Shown: piece by piece, positions 10,028-19,618 of the stretch
Numbering within the stretch: position 1 is the stretch's first letter
How the letters are laid out: each line of letters begins with the position of its first letter
Origin: Bacteroidales bacterium
GTDB taxonomy: Bacteria > Bacteroidota > Bacteroidia > Bacteroidales > UBA4417
Direction: 5' to 3'
Assembly: GCA_030654075.1 (NCBI GenBank)
Contig: JAURYB010000005.1
Location: 8,732 to 72,731, forward strand
DNA: 64,000 bases
The notes under the pieces: generated by a model
Seen by the model: only the letters and a program-made list of their open reading frames with translations
Databases searched by the model: none
What the model was told of the DNA's origin: nothing
Program-made: the position numbers and the translations under genes

Positions 10028-10286
10028 TTTTATAGTTTTAAATGAATGGCAGCAAAACGAAATCAGGATTTCGTAGTACAAACGCACTGCAAATGTTTTT
10101 GTTTTTCAGCTATCGGTTTTAAAGCAAAATTCTTTTATTCCGCTGAATCAATGTTCTTGCATTTCAGCTTAAAACAGATCTATGTACCCCGGTTTGCATA
10201 CACAAAACGCATCAATTATAACCACAATAGCCGGATATAAGGGCTTTGATAAAAAATAAATTTTCCCGTATATCCACAAAATTCTG

Positions 10287-10304
10287 TTGTGATTCCATTC
10301 ACAA
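10287..10304. promoter_or_regulatory. CRP/FNR-family-type palindrome TTGTGA-N6-TCACAA
   Basis: Perfect inverted repeat TTGTGAttccatTCACAA about 75 nt upstream of the rubrerythrin start. Half-sites equal the classical TGTGA-N6-TCACA consensus. Confidence 0.35.
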
Positions 10305-10376
10305 TATCTTACCTTTACGGTTTCCGGTATTTATTACCGTATAGAATTACAACTTATTCATTTAAAATAATATACT

Positions 10377-10955
10377 ATGGAAAAGAGCATTAAAGGAACC
10401 CGTACAGAGAAAAACCTGCTGAAATCATTTGCCGGTGAATCACAGGCTATGAACCGCTACCTGTTCTTTATGAAACAAGCCAAAACAGAAGGATTTGAGC
10501 AGATAGCTGCCATGTTCGAAAAAACAGCATGGCAGGAGCAACAGCATGCAAAACGATTCTTTAAATTCCTTGAAGGCGGCGAAGTAGAAATTACAGCCTC
10601 CTACCCTGCCGGGATTATCGGAACAACAGCCGAAAACCTTAAAGCCGCCGCAGCCGGTGAAAATGAAGAATGGACACTACTCTATCCTGAATTTTCGGAA
10701 ATTGCCAAAGAAGAAGGCTTCCCACAGATTGCAACGGCGTTTAAAATGATTGCCAAAGTGGAAGCTGAACATGAAAAACGCTACCTCCGCCTGTTTGCCC
10801 GCCTCGAAAAAAATGAAGTATTCAAGCGGGAAGAAGCCACAAAATGGGAATGCCGCAATTGCGGTTATATTCACGAAGGTAAAAATCCTCCGGAGAATTG
10901 TCCTGCCTGCCAGCATCCGAAAGCATTTTTCGAAGAGAAACAGGAGAATTACTAA
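10377..10955 (+). CDS. rbr: Rubrerythrin
   Basis: Ferritin-like di-iron region (E..EQQHA, EAEHEKRY) plus a C-terminal rubredoxin-like CRNCG...CPACQHP. Confidence 0.9.
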   Translation: MEKSIKGTRTEKNLLKSFAGESQAMNRYLFFMKQAKTEGFEQIAAMFEKTAWQEQQHAKRFFKFLEGGEVEITASYPAGIIGTTAENLKAAAAGENEEWTLLYPEFSEIAKEEGFPQIATAFKMIAKVEAEHEKRYLRLFARLEKNEVFKREEATKWECRNCGYIHEGKNPPENCPACQHPKAFFEEKQENY

Positions 10956-10978
10956 GCATTATAGCACCTCATTAAATA

Positions 10979-11016
10979 AAACAGAGCCACTGATTACTGC
11001 AGCTCTGTTTTTTTAT
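10979..11016. terminator. Bidirectional rho-independent terminator
   Basis: AACAGAGC / GCTCTGTT stem with T-runs on both strands. Sits between convergent rbr (stop 10955) and family A1 (stop 11036). Confidence 0.55.
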
Positions 11017-11035
11017 TTAAAACTTTTCGATAAAA

Positions 11036-12058
11036 TTATTTCTTCCTGCTAATCAGCCCGGCCAATCCGTTCCAATTCATTGAACTAATGATCTGTTGCC
11101 CAAAATGCTTATATCCATTGTTTTTATAAAACTCATCCATTTCAACCTCGCTCATGCGAGGATTCCAAAGTGTCATAAACTGAATGGCTGAAGCAGGCAG
11201 CGAGCGGTCCCAGTAATCTGGATTGAAGCGCATGATCTGAAGGCCTTCCTTACGGCCATTTGCGTTAAGCACAAAATGTTTCGGATCGCCCTGGTATGCA
11301 GGGGCACTTAATTCTTCATCCGTGAGTTCGGCCAACTCTTTTTTCAGCTGATCAAGCATAATTTCACCCATCTCTTTACTTTTGAAGGCAGTGTAATAGG
11401 CCAGGGTGATATCAGCCAATTCCTTTAATGTAACCGGAATCCAGAATGGAGGCCGATCAGGATTGAAAACGATAAGCTGCCCATCCCCGTATAAACTCAC
11501 TCCCGGAACGATTTCCTTTTCAAACGGGAAAACCTGGAATAGGTCGTTGAGTTCCCCAGCTGTTTTATTCATTGAAACTTCCAACGAAGCGTTATCCTTT
11601 GTTTCGTCAAAACCATTAAAATTAAAATTTGTTCCATGCCCGGTTTCTGTGTTGTTGATATCAAATTCATATGAAGGAGGTTCCACGGTCCATTTGCCAC
11701 CACTGGTAAGGAACATCTGAAAACCAAAGTTCAGTTCGCAACGAATGCTATAATTGCAGTTCCTTTTCTTATACCTATTATCCCATATGCCCCATGATAC
11801 AGCCGAAAGATCAAAACCCTTGGGGTTGGTCATTATAGGGATATTCTGATGAAACCACTCCGCTACAACGGCAACATTTTTAGTCAAAGCTGCAAATTCG
11901 GCCCTATTCCCGTTTATATTGCTTTTGAAACTCCAGCTCCCTTGTTTGCTGAAATTAAACTCTGATGCTTTTTGAGCCTGAGTGAATAATGGCACTAAAA
12001 GAAATAACACAAAAAACAATCTGCAGATTTTTTGCATGGAAAATGGGTTAGTAAACAA
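11036..12058 (-). CDS. Secreted protein, paralog family A (A1)
   Basis: Motifs AEWFHQNIPIMTNPKGFD, VFNPDRPPFWIPVT, MRFNPDYWDRSLPASAIQ. The likelier start is ATG at 12037, giving MQKICRLFFVLFLLVPLFTQAQ. Confidence 0.7.
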   Translation of the reverse strand: MFTNPFSMQKICRLFFVLFLLVPLFTQAQKASEFNFSKQGSWSFKSNINGNRAEFAALTKNVAVVAEWFHQNIPIMTNPKGFDLSAVSWGIWDNRYKKRNCNYSIRCELNFGFQMFLTSGGKWTVEPPSYEFDINNTETGHGTNFNFNGFDETKDNASLEVSMNKTAGELNDLFQVFPFEKEIVPGVSLYGDGQLIVFNPDRPPFWIPVTLKELADITLAYYTAFKSKEMGEIMLDQLKKELAELTDEELSAPAYQGDPKHFVLNANGRKEGLQIMRFNPDYWDRSLPASAIQFMTLWNPRMSEVEMDEFYKNNGYKHFGQQIISSMNWNGLAGLISRKK

Positions 12059-13490
12059 TTACTTTTCGGGAATAAACTTTCGCCCCGTTAATGGCCTTTA
12101 CAATGTAAATCCCTTTGGCATACCCGGATAAATCTATTTCTTTGGTTTTCTGCCGGTTGAAATTATAATCCGCATAAATCCGTTTTCCTGCTAAACTATA
12201 AATTTCGATGGCGGTTATAGCGTTTTTGCTTCCAAGAGTAAACTTTCCTTTAGTTGGATTGGGATAAGCGCTTAAATTTGCCTCAGCCAAACCGGGGATT
12301 GAGGTTTGAGCTAAATGGTAATACATATAGGTGCTGTCACCGGATTCAATAGCAGTTCCTGCCATATTCCACGCTATAGATACCCCGTAGAGCATGAAAT
12401 TATTTTCGTCGAAGGCGTTTCTGGATTGAGAATTATTCTTCCAGTTGCTGGCATCCCAGCGTTGAACCAGATTACTTGTCTCATTATTGTTATCATCATA
12501 AGTATATTTTGACAGGTAAACATTTACCCAGGCATTGTCCTCCCATTCCTGAAGTGTTTCGCTTGTCCGGTTATGGTTGACATCATAAGTATGTGTCTTT
12601 TTGGAAACATTTTCCCAGGCTATGGCATTCCAACTCTGATCCAGTTCACCAATCAGATTATTATTGATATCATAAGTATAGGAGCTTTTCGTGAAATCTA
12701 TCCATTCCGTGTCGAACCAAATTTGATAAAGATAAGTTGTCTTATTATTGTTAGCACCATAGGTATAGGTTTCCCGGGAAGAATTCTCCCAGTCATCATC
12801 ATACCAGCCCTGAGTTAATAAAATTGTCAGTTTGTTGCTGGCATCGTATGTATAAAGCATTTTAAAGCTATTTTCCCACACGCTGTTAAACCAGCTCTGT
12901 AATACAACAGCTGTAGGGTTGTTGTTGGCATCGTACGTACGGAATGTTTGCTCTTCATTTTGCCATACACCAAGATCCCATTCCTGGATCAGCTCACTTG
13001 TTTCATTATGGTTGGCATCGTAGGTCCAGATGTATTGATATTCATTCACCCAGGCACTGCCAATCCAACTTTGCGACACTTGAGAAGTCTCGTTGTTATC
13101 ACCATCGAAGGTTGATAAGTTTCTGTACGATTTTTCCCAGGCATTGCCATTCCATTCGAAGTCAGTGGAACTTGTCAGATTACCATTCGCATCATAAACT
13201 ACATTTGCAATTTTATAGTCGAGTTTCCATGCGGTGTTGATAGTATCCCACTTCCACCATAAAAGACTATCAAATACCAGGATATCAGTGGATGCAGAAT
13301 ACAGTTCATTTTTGAACTCTTGTTCCTGATTCAATTTGGAGATTTTCAATCCTTCATGTTCTATGCGAGAATGAACATCTTTCAATGAACCTGCGTTAAC
13401 TGGCTGATTAAGATTTACTGGCCGTTTACCTTGAGCAAAACCATTAATTGAGAAAGCCAGGATTGCAAAAAAGAGTAGATTTTTTTTCAT
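12048..13490 (-). CDS. Repeat protein with T9SS C-terminal sorting domain
   Basis: About 11 repeats of ~24 aa (W.N......YTYD.NNN.T......W). C-terminus AYPNPTKGKFTL...IEIYSLAGKRIY...GIYIVKA is Por-secretion-tail-like. Signal peptide present. Confidence 0.7.
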   Translation of the reverse strand: MKKNLLFFAILAFSINGFAQGKRPVNLNQPVNAGSLKDVHSRIEHEGLKISKLNQEQEFKNELYSASTDILVFDSLLWWKWDTINTAWKLDYKIANVVYDANGNLTSSTDFEWNGNAWEKSYRNLSTFDGDNNETSQVSQSWIGSAWVNEYQYIWTYDANHNETSELIQEWDLGVWQNEEQTFRTYDANNNPTAVVLQSWFNSVWENSFKMLYTYDASNKLTILLTQGWYDDDWENSSRETYTYGANNNKTTYLYQIWFDTEWIDFTKSSYTYDINNNLIGELDQSWNAIAWENVSKKTHTYDVNHNRTSETLQEWEDNAWVNVYLSKYTYDDNNNETSNLVQRWDASNWKNNSQSRNAFDENNFMLYGVSIAWNMAGTAIESGDSTYMYYHLAQTSIPGLAEANLSAYPNPTKGKFTLGSKNAITAIEIYSLAGKRIYADYNFNRQKTKEIDLSGYAKGIYIVKAINGAKVYSRKVIVY

Positions 13491-13646
13491 ACTATCTGGT
13501 CTTATAGTTTTCCTTACTCATATGGCTTTTCAGGAACGCCCCGTTTTTTATGTAGTTTCTGGTCTCTACAAATTAGTAAAACAATTAGTGTTATAAAAAG
13601 TCATAAAAATGAGAATAAATCTCAGAAAACCTTTGTTTTTACAATT

Positions 13647-14657
13647 TTATTTCTGAAGTATTTCCGACAATTTCACCCAATCAATTTCATTGACAAGTAA
13701 TTGACTGTAAAACGGATGCCCGTTATTTTTATACGATTCAGCCAGGGCCACTTCATCCATTTGCGGGTAATAAAAAGTCATAAATTGAATAGCGGTATTT
13801 GGCAGGCCTCGATTCCAGTATGCCGGGTTAAAACGCATTAGTTGCAGTCCTTCCCTTTTGCCATTTACTTTAAGCACAAAATGTTCATCATGGCCTGAAA
13901 AAGCCGGGGCTTTAAGTTCTTCCTCCGGTAATTCGGATATTTCTTTCTGTAGCTGCTCCAGCAGCAAGCGATCCATTTCAATTTGGTTGCGCAATTTATA
14001 GTATTGCAAATGCATTTCGGCCATTTCGCCAACGGTGACAGGTATCCAGAAATCAGGACGTTCGGGATTGAAAACGACTACAGTTCCACATCCGCCATTC
14101 TCACAGTCGTATAGGTTTACTCCGGGAGCCAGGGCTTTAACAAATGGATAAACCATAAAAACTCCGTTCATTTTGATGCTGGCTTCATTTATCGCTTTTT
14201 CCACGCCCGGGTCATCTTTAAGTTCGTCGAAATAGGGATAATTGGCATTTGAACCATGCCCGTCTTCTGTATTGTTAATACCGAAGGAATAATGCGGCGG
14301 TTCAATGGTCCTTTTACCACCGGCACTGAAAAAGAGCTGAAAGCCGAAATCCAGCTCGGTACGTAAGCCGTAATTGCAGTCATTCATTTTGTAATACTTA
14401 TCCCACCCACCGTAGGTTGTGGAAGCCAGATCAAATCCTTTCGGATTTTTAAGTATCGGGATATTGACATGAAACCATTCGGCTAAGGAAGCTATAACCT
14501 TACTGAAAGCAATGTATTCAGCTTCGGTGCTGGTTATATTGTTCGAATAACTCCATTTGCCGGGTTTTTCGGGCAAATAATCGGATGGACTTTGAGCGAT
14601 GGCCAGGTTACAATGCAATAGTGTAACAAGCAGGAGGAAAGTAAGTAATTTGGTCAT
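13647..14657 (-). CDS. Secreted protein, paralog family A (A2)
   Basis: Signal peptide; AEWFHVNIPILKNPKGFD, VFNPERPDFWIPVT, MRFNPAYWNRGLPNTAIQ. Confidence 0.7.
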   Translation of the reverse strand: MTKLLTFLLLVTLLHCNLAIAQSPSDYLPEKPGKWSYSNNITSTEAEYIAFSKVIASLAEWFHVNIPILKNPKGFDLASTTYGGWDKYYKMNDCNYGLRTELDFGFQLFFSAGGKRTIEPPHYSFGINNTEDGHGSNANYPYFDELKDDPGVEKAINEASIKMNGVFMVYPFVKALAPGVNLYDCENGGCGTVVVFNPERPDFWIPVTVGEMAEMHLQYYKLRNQIEMDRLLLEQLQKEISELPEEELKAPAFSGHDEHFVLKVNGKREGLQLMRFNPAYWNRGLPNTAIQFMTFYYPQMDEVALAESYKNNGHPFYSQLLVNEIDWVKLSEILQK

Positions 14658-14712
14658 ATGGGCAATTATTTATTGGTTCAACTGGGAATTAAAGGGGATT
14701 TTGGCTTTTAGA

Positions 14713-14867
14713 GGCTGGAAGTCGGAAGACCGAAGTGCCTTTAAAAATGATCTAACTTATATTTTTTGAAACCATCTCAAATATAATTAATTGCCATCAA
14801 AACTGATATTTGTAAGGGCGAAATTATTTTTAATATGTCTTCTGAATTCTGTCTTCTGACTTTCGTC
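14713..14867. repeat. GGAAGTC-armed inverted-repeat element, copy 1
   Basis: Left arm GGCTGGAAGTCGGAAGACCGAAGTG pairs with right arm GTCTTCTGAATTCTGTCTTCTGACTTTCGTC. The ~100-nt AT-rich interior contains TTAATTGCCAT, shared with copy 2. Confidence 0.6.
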
Positions 14868-14904
14868 AAAATATTTTTACAATTAAATTAGAAGCAAAAC
14901 CTTT

Positions 14905-15936
14905 CTATTTATCAATTGCAGGAACTAATGTGGTAATATCCAATGCTTCTAAAAATCGTTGAAGACTATAACCGGCAGCGTTGAGTTTCAGCCATTCTTC
15001 CTTTTGCGTGGTGTATCGTTTAGTATCGGTGAGGCGGTCAAAGACCAGTATCTGAATGGCGGACCGCGGAAGCTTTTTATTCCAGTATTCCGGATTTAAA
15101 CGAACAACAGGCTGTGGACCGGGTATGGTTGTAATTTTCAAAAAGGGGCTGCGTTCGTCGTGCGTATTGTTATACGCCCATCCATCGCGCTCTGCTTCCG
15201 GGAATTGGGCATACTCAGCTTCCAACATTCCTAACATCAAATCAGCAGTGTACTGTTCAGGGTGAAGTTTCCAATATTCGATAAGCAACTCAGCCAATTC
15301 ACGGAATTTAACGGGCAGATAATAAGGAGGTCGTTCCGGGTTGTAAACTACAATTTTTTCGCTGCTGTACCTGTCAATTCCATTGCCCAGTTCTTCTTTT
15401 TGGCCGGGGAGGTAAATAATATCATGGAGTTTGTCGCTAACGCTTTTCCATTTTTCATAATTAAAACCTTCTTTGGGCTTTTCGGTAGGTTTTGAAGCGC
15501 CCATGCTATAATTAGGGCCGAAAACATGTTCCAGGGAATTTATCAGCACATCCCAGCTGGGAGGTTCCATTTTATAAAACTTTGCTACACCTTTGTCCAT
15601 GAACCAGTCCCCGAAATCAAACCGAAGTCTGCTGGGGATTCCATAGCCAAATTTATCAGGACAATTTTTTGCAAAAACATACACATAGCAATTGAATCCC
15701 TTCTGATCAGTAAATACCGGGTTTTTACGCACCAACTCTGTAATACCGATAATCTTTTGATAATTGGCGGTTTGTTCGGCTTTTGTGAAACCACAATCCC
15801 AATGGGTGTAAACGCCCCAATCAATTACTTCAAATGTGCCCGGGTGACCGGGAAGGAGTGGATATTCTTTCTGTGCATTGGAATTTAATGCTAGTAGAAG
15901 CATCATGTTAATAACGAAAACGGATTTGTTTTTCAT
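14905..15936 (-). CDS. Secreted protein, paralog family A (A3, divergent)
   Basis: Signal peptide; VYNPERPPYYLPVK, RLNPEYWNKKLPRSAIQ. Ends with a TAG stop. Confidence 0.65.
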   Translation of the reverse strand: MKNKSVFVINMMLLLALNSNAQKEYPLLPGHPGTFEVIDWGVYTHWDCGFTKAEQTANYQKIIGITELVRKNPVFTDQKGFNCYVYVFAKNCPDKFGYGIPSRLRFDFGDWFMDKGVAKFYKMEPPSWDVLINSLEHVFGPNYSMGASKPTEKPKEGFNYEKWKSVSDKLHDIIYLPGQKEELGNGIDRYSSEKIVVYNPERPPYYLPVKFRELAELLIEYWKLHPEQYTADLMLGMLEAEYAQFPEAERDGWAYNNTHDERSPFLKITTIPGPQPVVRLNPEYWNKKLPRSAIQILVFDRLTDTKRYTTQKEEWLKLNAAGYSLQRFLEALDITTLVPAIDK

Positions 15937-15947
15937 TGTGAATGCAT

Positions 15948-18509
15948 TTAATAGTTGATTTTAAGTGATTCAACAGTGATTTCATTAACTGAATTGAGAA
16001 TCTCCACTCCGACCTCCATCGACTTGGGACAAGCATCAAATTGCTTGAGGAAGACTTTTCCGGCTTCATCGAATGATTTTGTGCGTTCTATAAGCGATTC
16101 AATGAGAGGAGCTGTCTCTTTGGCAGCCACTTCAAACTCAGCGGGGGTGGCACTAACTGCTTTTTCCAGTCCATCAGTTACAGCTTTCCAATCGGTAAGG
16201 GTTTTGATGTATTCTGCTAACGGGCCACTGCTGAAATTATCAACGCATTTCTGCAGATTTTCAAAGCCTTTTTGCATGGTTGAAAAGGACCCGGAATTAG
16301 CGGCGAGTCCTTGCGGTTTATCGCAGCCACAATCACCAGGCTCGTAGGGCAGGCCTACCTGTCGGGGTGGGGCAGGAGTAAATTCCGGGTCGCTGTAAAT
16401 ATCCTCGCCGGATGGTGAATTTTCAGCTTGAGGCTCTTGTACAGGATTCTGTTCGGCTGGCGGATTTGGTTTTGTTGGTTCCTGTTTTGGAGCTGCATCA
16501 GGGTTTGCAGTTGGATTGGTTTTAGGTTTTTCGATATCTGCCGTGGGTTGTTCCTGTTTTGGCTGTGGCTTGGTGCCCTTCCGGCAGATACTCTGAAAGC
16601 CAGAGATCCTTATAACATTTCGATTCGCCTGCTCGTAGGTTTCAGTTGCTCCTTTTAACCGCTCGCTTGTTGAAAGTAGAGTACCCAGATCATTGCCGAA
16701 TTTTGTAGCTGCATCAATTGTTTCATTAGCGCTAACAGCAGTTTTCAACATTGGGTCGCCACTCAATTTTACTAACACCTTTGCAGCGTTATATGCCTGA
16801 GTTGCGGCATCATCGCCGCCCTTTACAATACTTAACAAAAGAGAACCGCTGCTAATTATGTTGGCGGCGGTTTTGGCGGCAGCACTGGCACCGGATCCAC
16901 CGGCAAGGGTTCCGATTATTAATTTGGCTGTCTTCTCTGCCAAATCGTAAGTAGATTTTGCAATTTCATCTGCGGCCTTTTCAAATTCCTTAGACCCTGT
17001 AATTTTTCCGATTTCCTCAGCAGCTTCTTTCTGCCCTTCTTTGGCTACGCGCATCATTTCGGCAAGCCTGGCAACGGTCTCCGCATCGCAGTACACTACC
17101 TCCACTTCCACAGGAGGGCCTGCTGTTCCTCCACATTTTGTAGTTGCCTGCATAGTTGTTTTCCCTGAGCGAATGCCCTGAAGTGCTACCACATCGCCAA
17201 GTCCAATAGCGGTTACAATTCCGGGGTCAGAGGCAGAAAACGCAAGAAGATCAGTGGCTTCGCCAGGTTCCGTTTCAACGGGAACTTTTAGTATTCCAGG
17301 GAGACTTTTCCCATCGATGTCGAAAAGGGGAATCGGAGGTATGGCTTGTCCGTTGTTGTATGATTTCAAAACAACACAAGCTGCAACTTGCGAGGATGTG
17401 GCTGTTTTCCCTTCAGGGTTTGTGTACTCAACATATAATGTTCCACGTCCGGCAGAAGTACCGCGAAGAGTGGCTGACGCCCCACTGGACTCAATCGTAA
17501 AAATTCCCTCAGGTTCAACCCGGAAACTATAGGTTCCACCTTCCTTATCGGCTTTGGCGGTTACCTGTCCCTGTTCCCCAACGCCAAGCTCGGAACATCC
17601 GCTAAGTGCTACCTGGGGTTTACGTAAAAAGCCCATGGGCGCAAGCTTAATCACAACGTCTATTTGACTCTCATATTCACTGCTGTAACTCTTGAGGTAT
17701 CGTTTGGCTGAAGTTTGGATAGTAAATACTTTTTCTTCTGGATTAAGCATAAATTCATCAAACTCCTTGTAGTTTTTAATCAGCAATGGTTCGTATATTT
17801 CATCTTCCATTTTGCGGGATGGATCTACTTTTGCCAAAACACCAATGGGTATAGGCTCATTTACCGGAACTAACTTCTCCTTTATGTCATCCCATCTAAG
17901 CCATTCACCCTCACCAAATGCACGCTCACGTAATTTATACATTGGTGTACCAAGGTTAAGTTGCAACTCATAGCATGGCAGCAAAGGAGCAAGCTGATCC
18001 GAAGGTGCTATATACGCTATGATATACAGATTTAGTTTATCAACACTGTTTTCGCCCGAAGCTGTGAAACGTTCTGTTTGTACATATTTTTCCTGACCAC
18101 CTTTATTAATATTAACGAATTTATATCCATTTGATGTGCTGTTCTTCTTCACATAGAGCGGATACTCTTTCAATGCAGGAGTACTTGAATAATTAGCTCT
18201 GAGAACAGAATTATCTGAGGTGCATGTGAAAACAGGGCAATTGGTAGAGGGATTGCATTCTGTCATTCTGGTTTCTGGATTTTTGATGTAACGATCAACA
18301 CGATCACGAAAAATCTTACCGCTTACCTGGCCTTGTATCACATTGGTACCGGTAGTCATATCCTTGTGATCCTTTTTCTCCGGGGAATATGTAGTCGAGG
18401 AAATGGTAATTGTAAATTCACCATCAATGTATTGAGCAAATATTGCAGCAGGCAGTACAGCGAGTAAAAATGCCAGCAATAATTTAACGTGTAAGTTTTT
18501 GTTTGTCAT
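15948..18509 (-). CDS. Large secreted protein with Ig-like (Big_2-like) segments, Ala/Lys-rich helical region and Pro-rich linker
   Basis: Start set at ATG 18509 (MTNKNLHVKLLLAFLLAVLPAAIFAQ). Segments such as SASDPGIVTAIGLGDVVALQGIRSGKTTMQATT resemble bacterial Ig-like group 2. Pro-rich run: KPQPKQEQPT...PNPPAEQNPVQEPQ. Confidence 0.6.
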   Translation of the reverse strand: MTNKNLHVKLLLAFLLAVLPAAIFAQYIDGEFTITISSTTYSPEKKDHKDMTTGTNVIQGQVSGKIFRDRVDRYIKNPETRMTECNPSTNCPVFTCTSDNSVLRANYSSTPALKEYPLYVKKNSTSNGYKFVNINKGGQEKYVQTERFTASGENSVDKLNLYIIAYIAPSDQLAPLLPCYELQLNLGTPMYKLRERAFGEGEWLRWDDIKEKLVPVNEPIPIGVLAKVDPSRKMEDEIYEPLLIKNYKEFDEFMLNPEEKVFTIQTSAKRYLKSYSSEYESQIDVVIKLAPMGFLRKPQVALSGCSELGVGEQGQVTAKADKEGGTYSFRVEPEGIFTIESSGASATLRGTSAGRGTLYVEYTNPEGKTATSSQVAACVVLKSYNNGQAIPPIPLFDIDGKSLPGILKVPVETEPGEATDLLAFSASDPGIVTAIGLGDVVALQGIRSGKTTMQATTKCGGTAGPPVEVEVVYCDAETVARLAEMMRVAKEGQKEAAEEIGKITGSKEFEKAADEIAKSTYDLAEKTAKLIIGTLAGGSGASAAAKTAANIISSGSLLLSIVKGGDDAATQAYNAAKVLVKLSGDPMLKTAVSANETIDAATKFGNDLGTLLSTSERLKGATETYEQANRNVIRISGFQSICRKGTKPQPKQEQPTADIEKPKTNPTANPDAAPKQEPTKPNPPAEQNPVQEPQAENSPSGEDIYSDPEFTPAPPRQVGLPYEPGDCGCDKPQGLAANSGSFSTMQKGFENLQKCVDNFSSGPLAEYIKTLTDWKAVTDGLEKAVSATPAEFEVAAKETAPLIESLIERTKSFDEAGKVFLKQFDACPKSMEVGVEILNSVNEITVESLKINY

Positions 18510-18669
18510 GATTCTTAGTGTTTCTTGTTCCATACTTCCAGAGTTAAATTACCAATACTATTTCTTATCAATCAACATTCCCGTTTTTTCAACCGGAAGA
18601 CTATTAAAAAACAATCCCACAAAATCCGTCAGTCCGCCGTTACGCGATTTGAATTTTTCCAATTCCGCT

Positions 18670-19611
18670 TCATTTTTTATTCAAGCTCCATGTAATTGTC
18701 AGATCACCTTGATTGACGGACCCTGAAGACGAATCACTCCGAGTGCTGGTTCCGATGGCGGCATCCACACTCCAGCCACCTAATGGCATAGTTATCTCTG
18801 AGGAAAAACCGCCGCCGCCTTCCAAACTGCCGCTGCATGTGCCATAGGTTTTTACCATTCCCACACTAATCGATGTCTTACCTTCGAAAACAGAAATGCT
18901 CACATCCGTTTGATCGCTGCCTGAAGCAACAGTAGTTGAATTTCCTTCTGCTCCGGTAAGCTGTTCAGAATAGTTTACAGTGCATTGAGCCACATTATTA
19001 TTGACCTCGCACTGGACAGAAAGATCGGACTTGAGGCTGCCACCAGGTCTAGCCGGATCATCAGCATTCAGTAATTTTTCATATGTGTGTTGTTCAATTT
19101 TAATAGTTCCGGTCCATGTTTTTTCGCGGCAGAGCTGGCTATTGTATTGGTATAAATCATCAATAAGTTTTTTCGCGACTCTTTTAGCTGCATCAATTGC
19201 ATCGTCAATGGGCACACTTTCAACAGTCCGGGATATCACATTATTCGGCCCATTTTTCATAATAAATGCCGAGATTGTGGTTGTATTTTCAAGAACAGTG
19301 ACACTAAGACTAACGAGATAGTCGTATTTCATTGCTTCGGCAATGTTCAATAATTGATCCTTATCTTCTACTCCGAGAATTTGTTTTTGTTTTTCCCAAT
19401 CCAGTAGCACCATAGTACTGTATTGGCTTTCTGAACTGGCGCATGGGAATTTTTTTCTAAGCCCATTAAAAAACTCCGAATCAAGGAGGTTTAGGCAACC
19501 AGAATTTGCCTTGGTCTCCGGTGAAAGCATTACGTAGAATTTGGGATCTGCTGCATGCAGGTAGTCGGCCAATATCAGCAACAGGAAAAGAAGGGTTGTT
19601 TTGTTTTGCAT
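18670..19611 (-). CDS. Secreted protein, paralog family B (B0; shared N-terminal domain, divergent C-terminus)
   Basis: N-terminal ~165 aa align to B1-B4 (FYVMLSP..., KKFPCASS, WEKQKQILGVEDKDQLLNIAEAMKYDYLVSLSVTV). The C-terminus is a different Ser/Gly/Thr-rich beta-type region. Confidence 0.6.
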   Translation of the reverse strand: MQNKTTLLFLLLILADYLHAADPKFYVMLSPETKANSGCLNLLDSEFFNGLRKKFPCASSESQYSTMVLLDWEKQKQILGVEDKDQLLNIAEAMKYDYLVSLSVTVLENTTTISAFIMKNGPNNVISRTVESVPIDDAIDAAKRVAKKLIDDLYQYNSQLCREKTWTGTIKIEQHTYEKLLNADDPARPGGSLKSDLSVQCEVNNNVAQCTVNYSEQLTGAEGNSTTVASGSDQTDVSISVFEGKTSISVGMVKTYGTCSGSLEGGGGFSSEITMPLGGWSVDAAIGTSTRSDSSSGSVNQGDLTITWSLNKK

Positions 19612-19618
19612 TTTGCTT

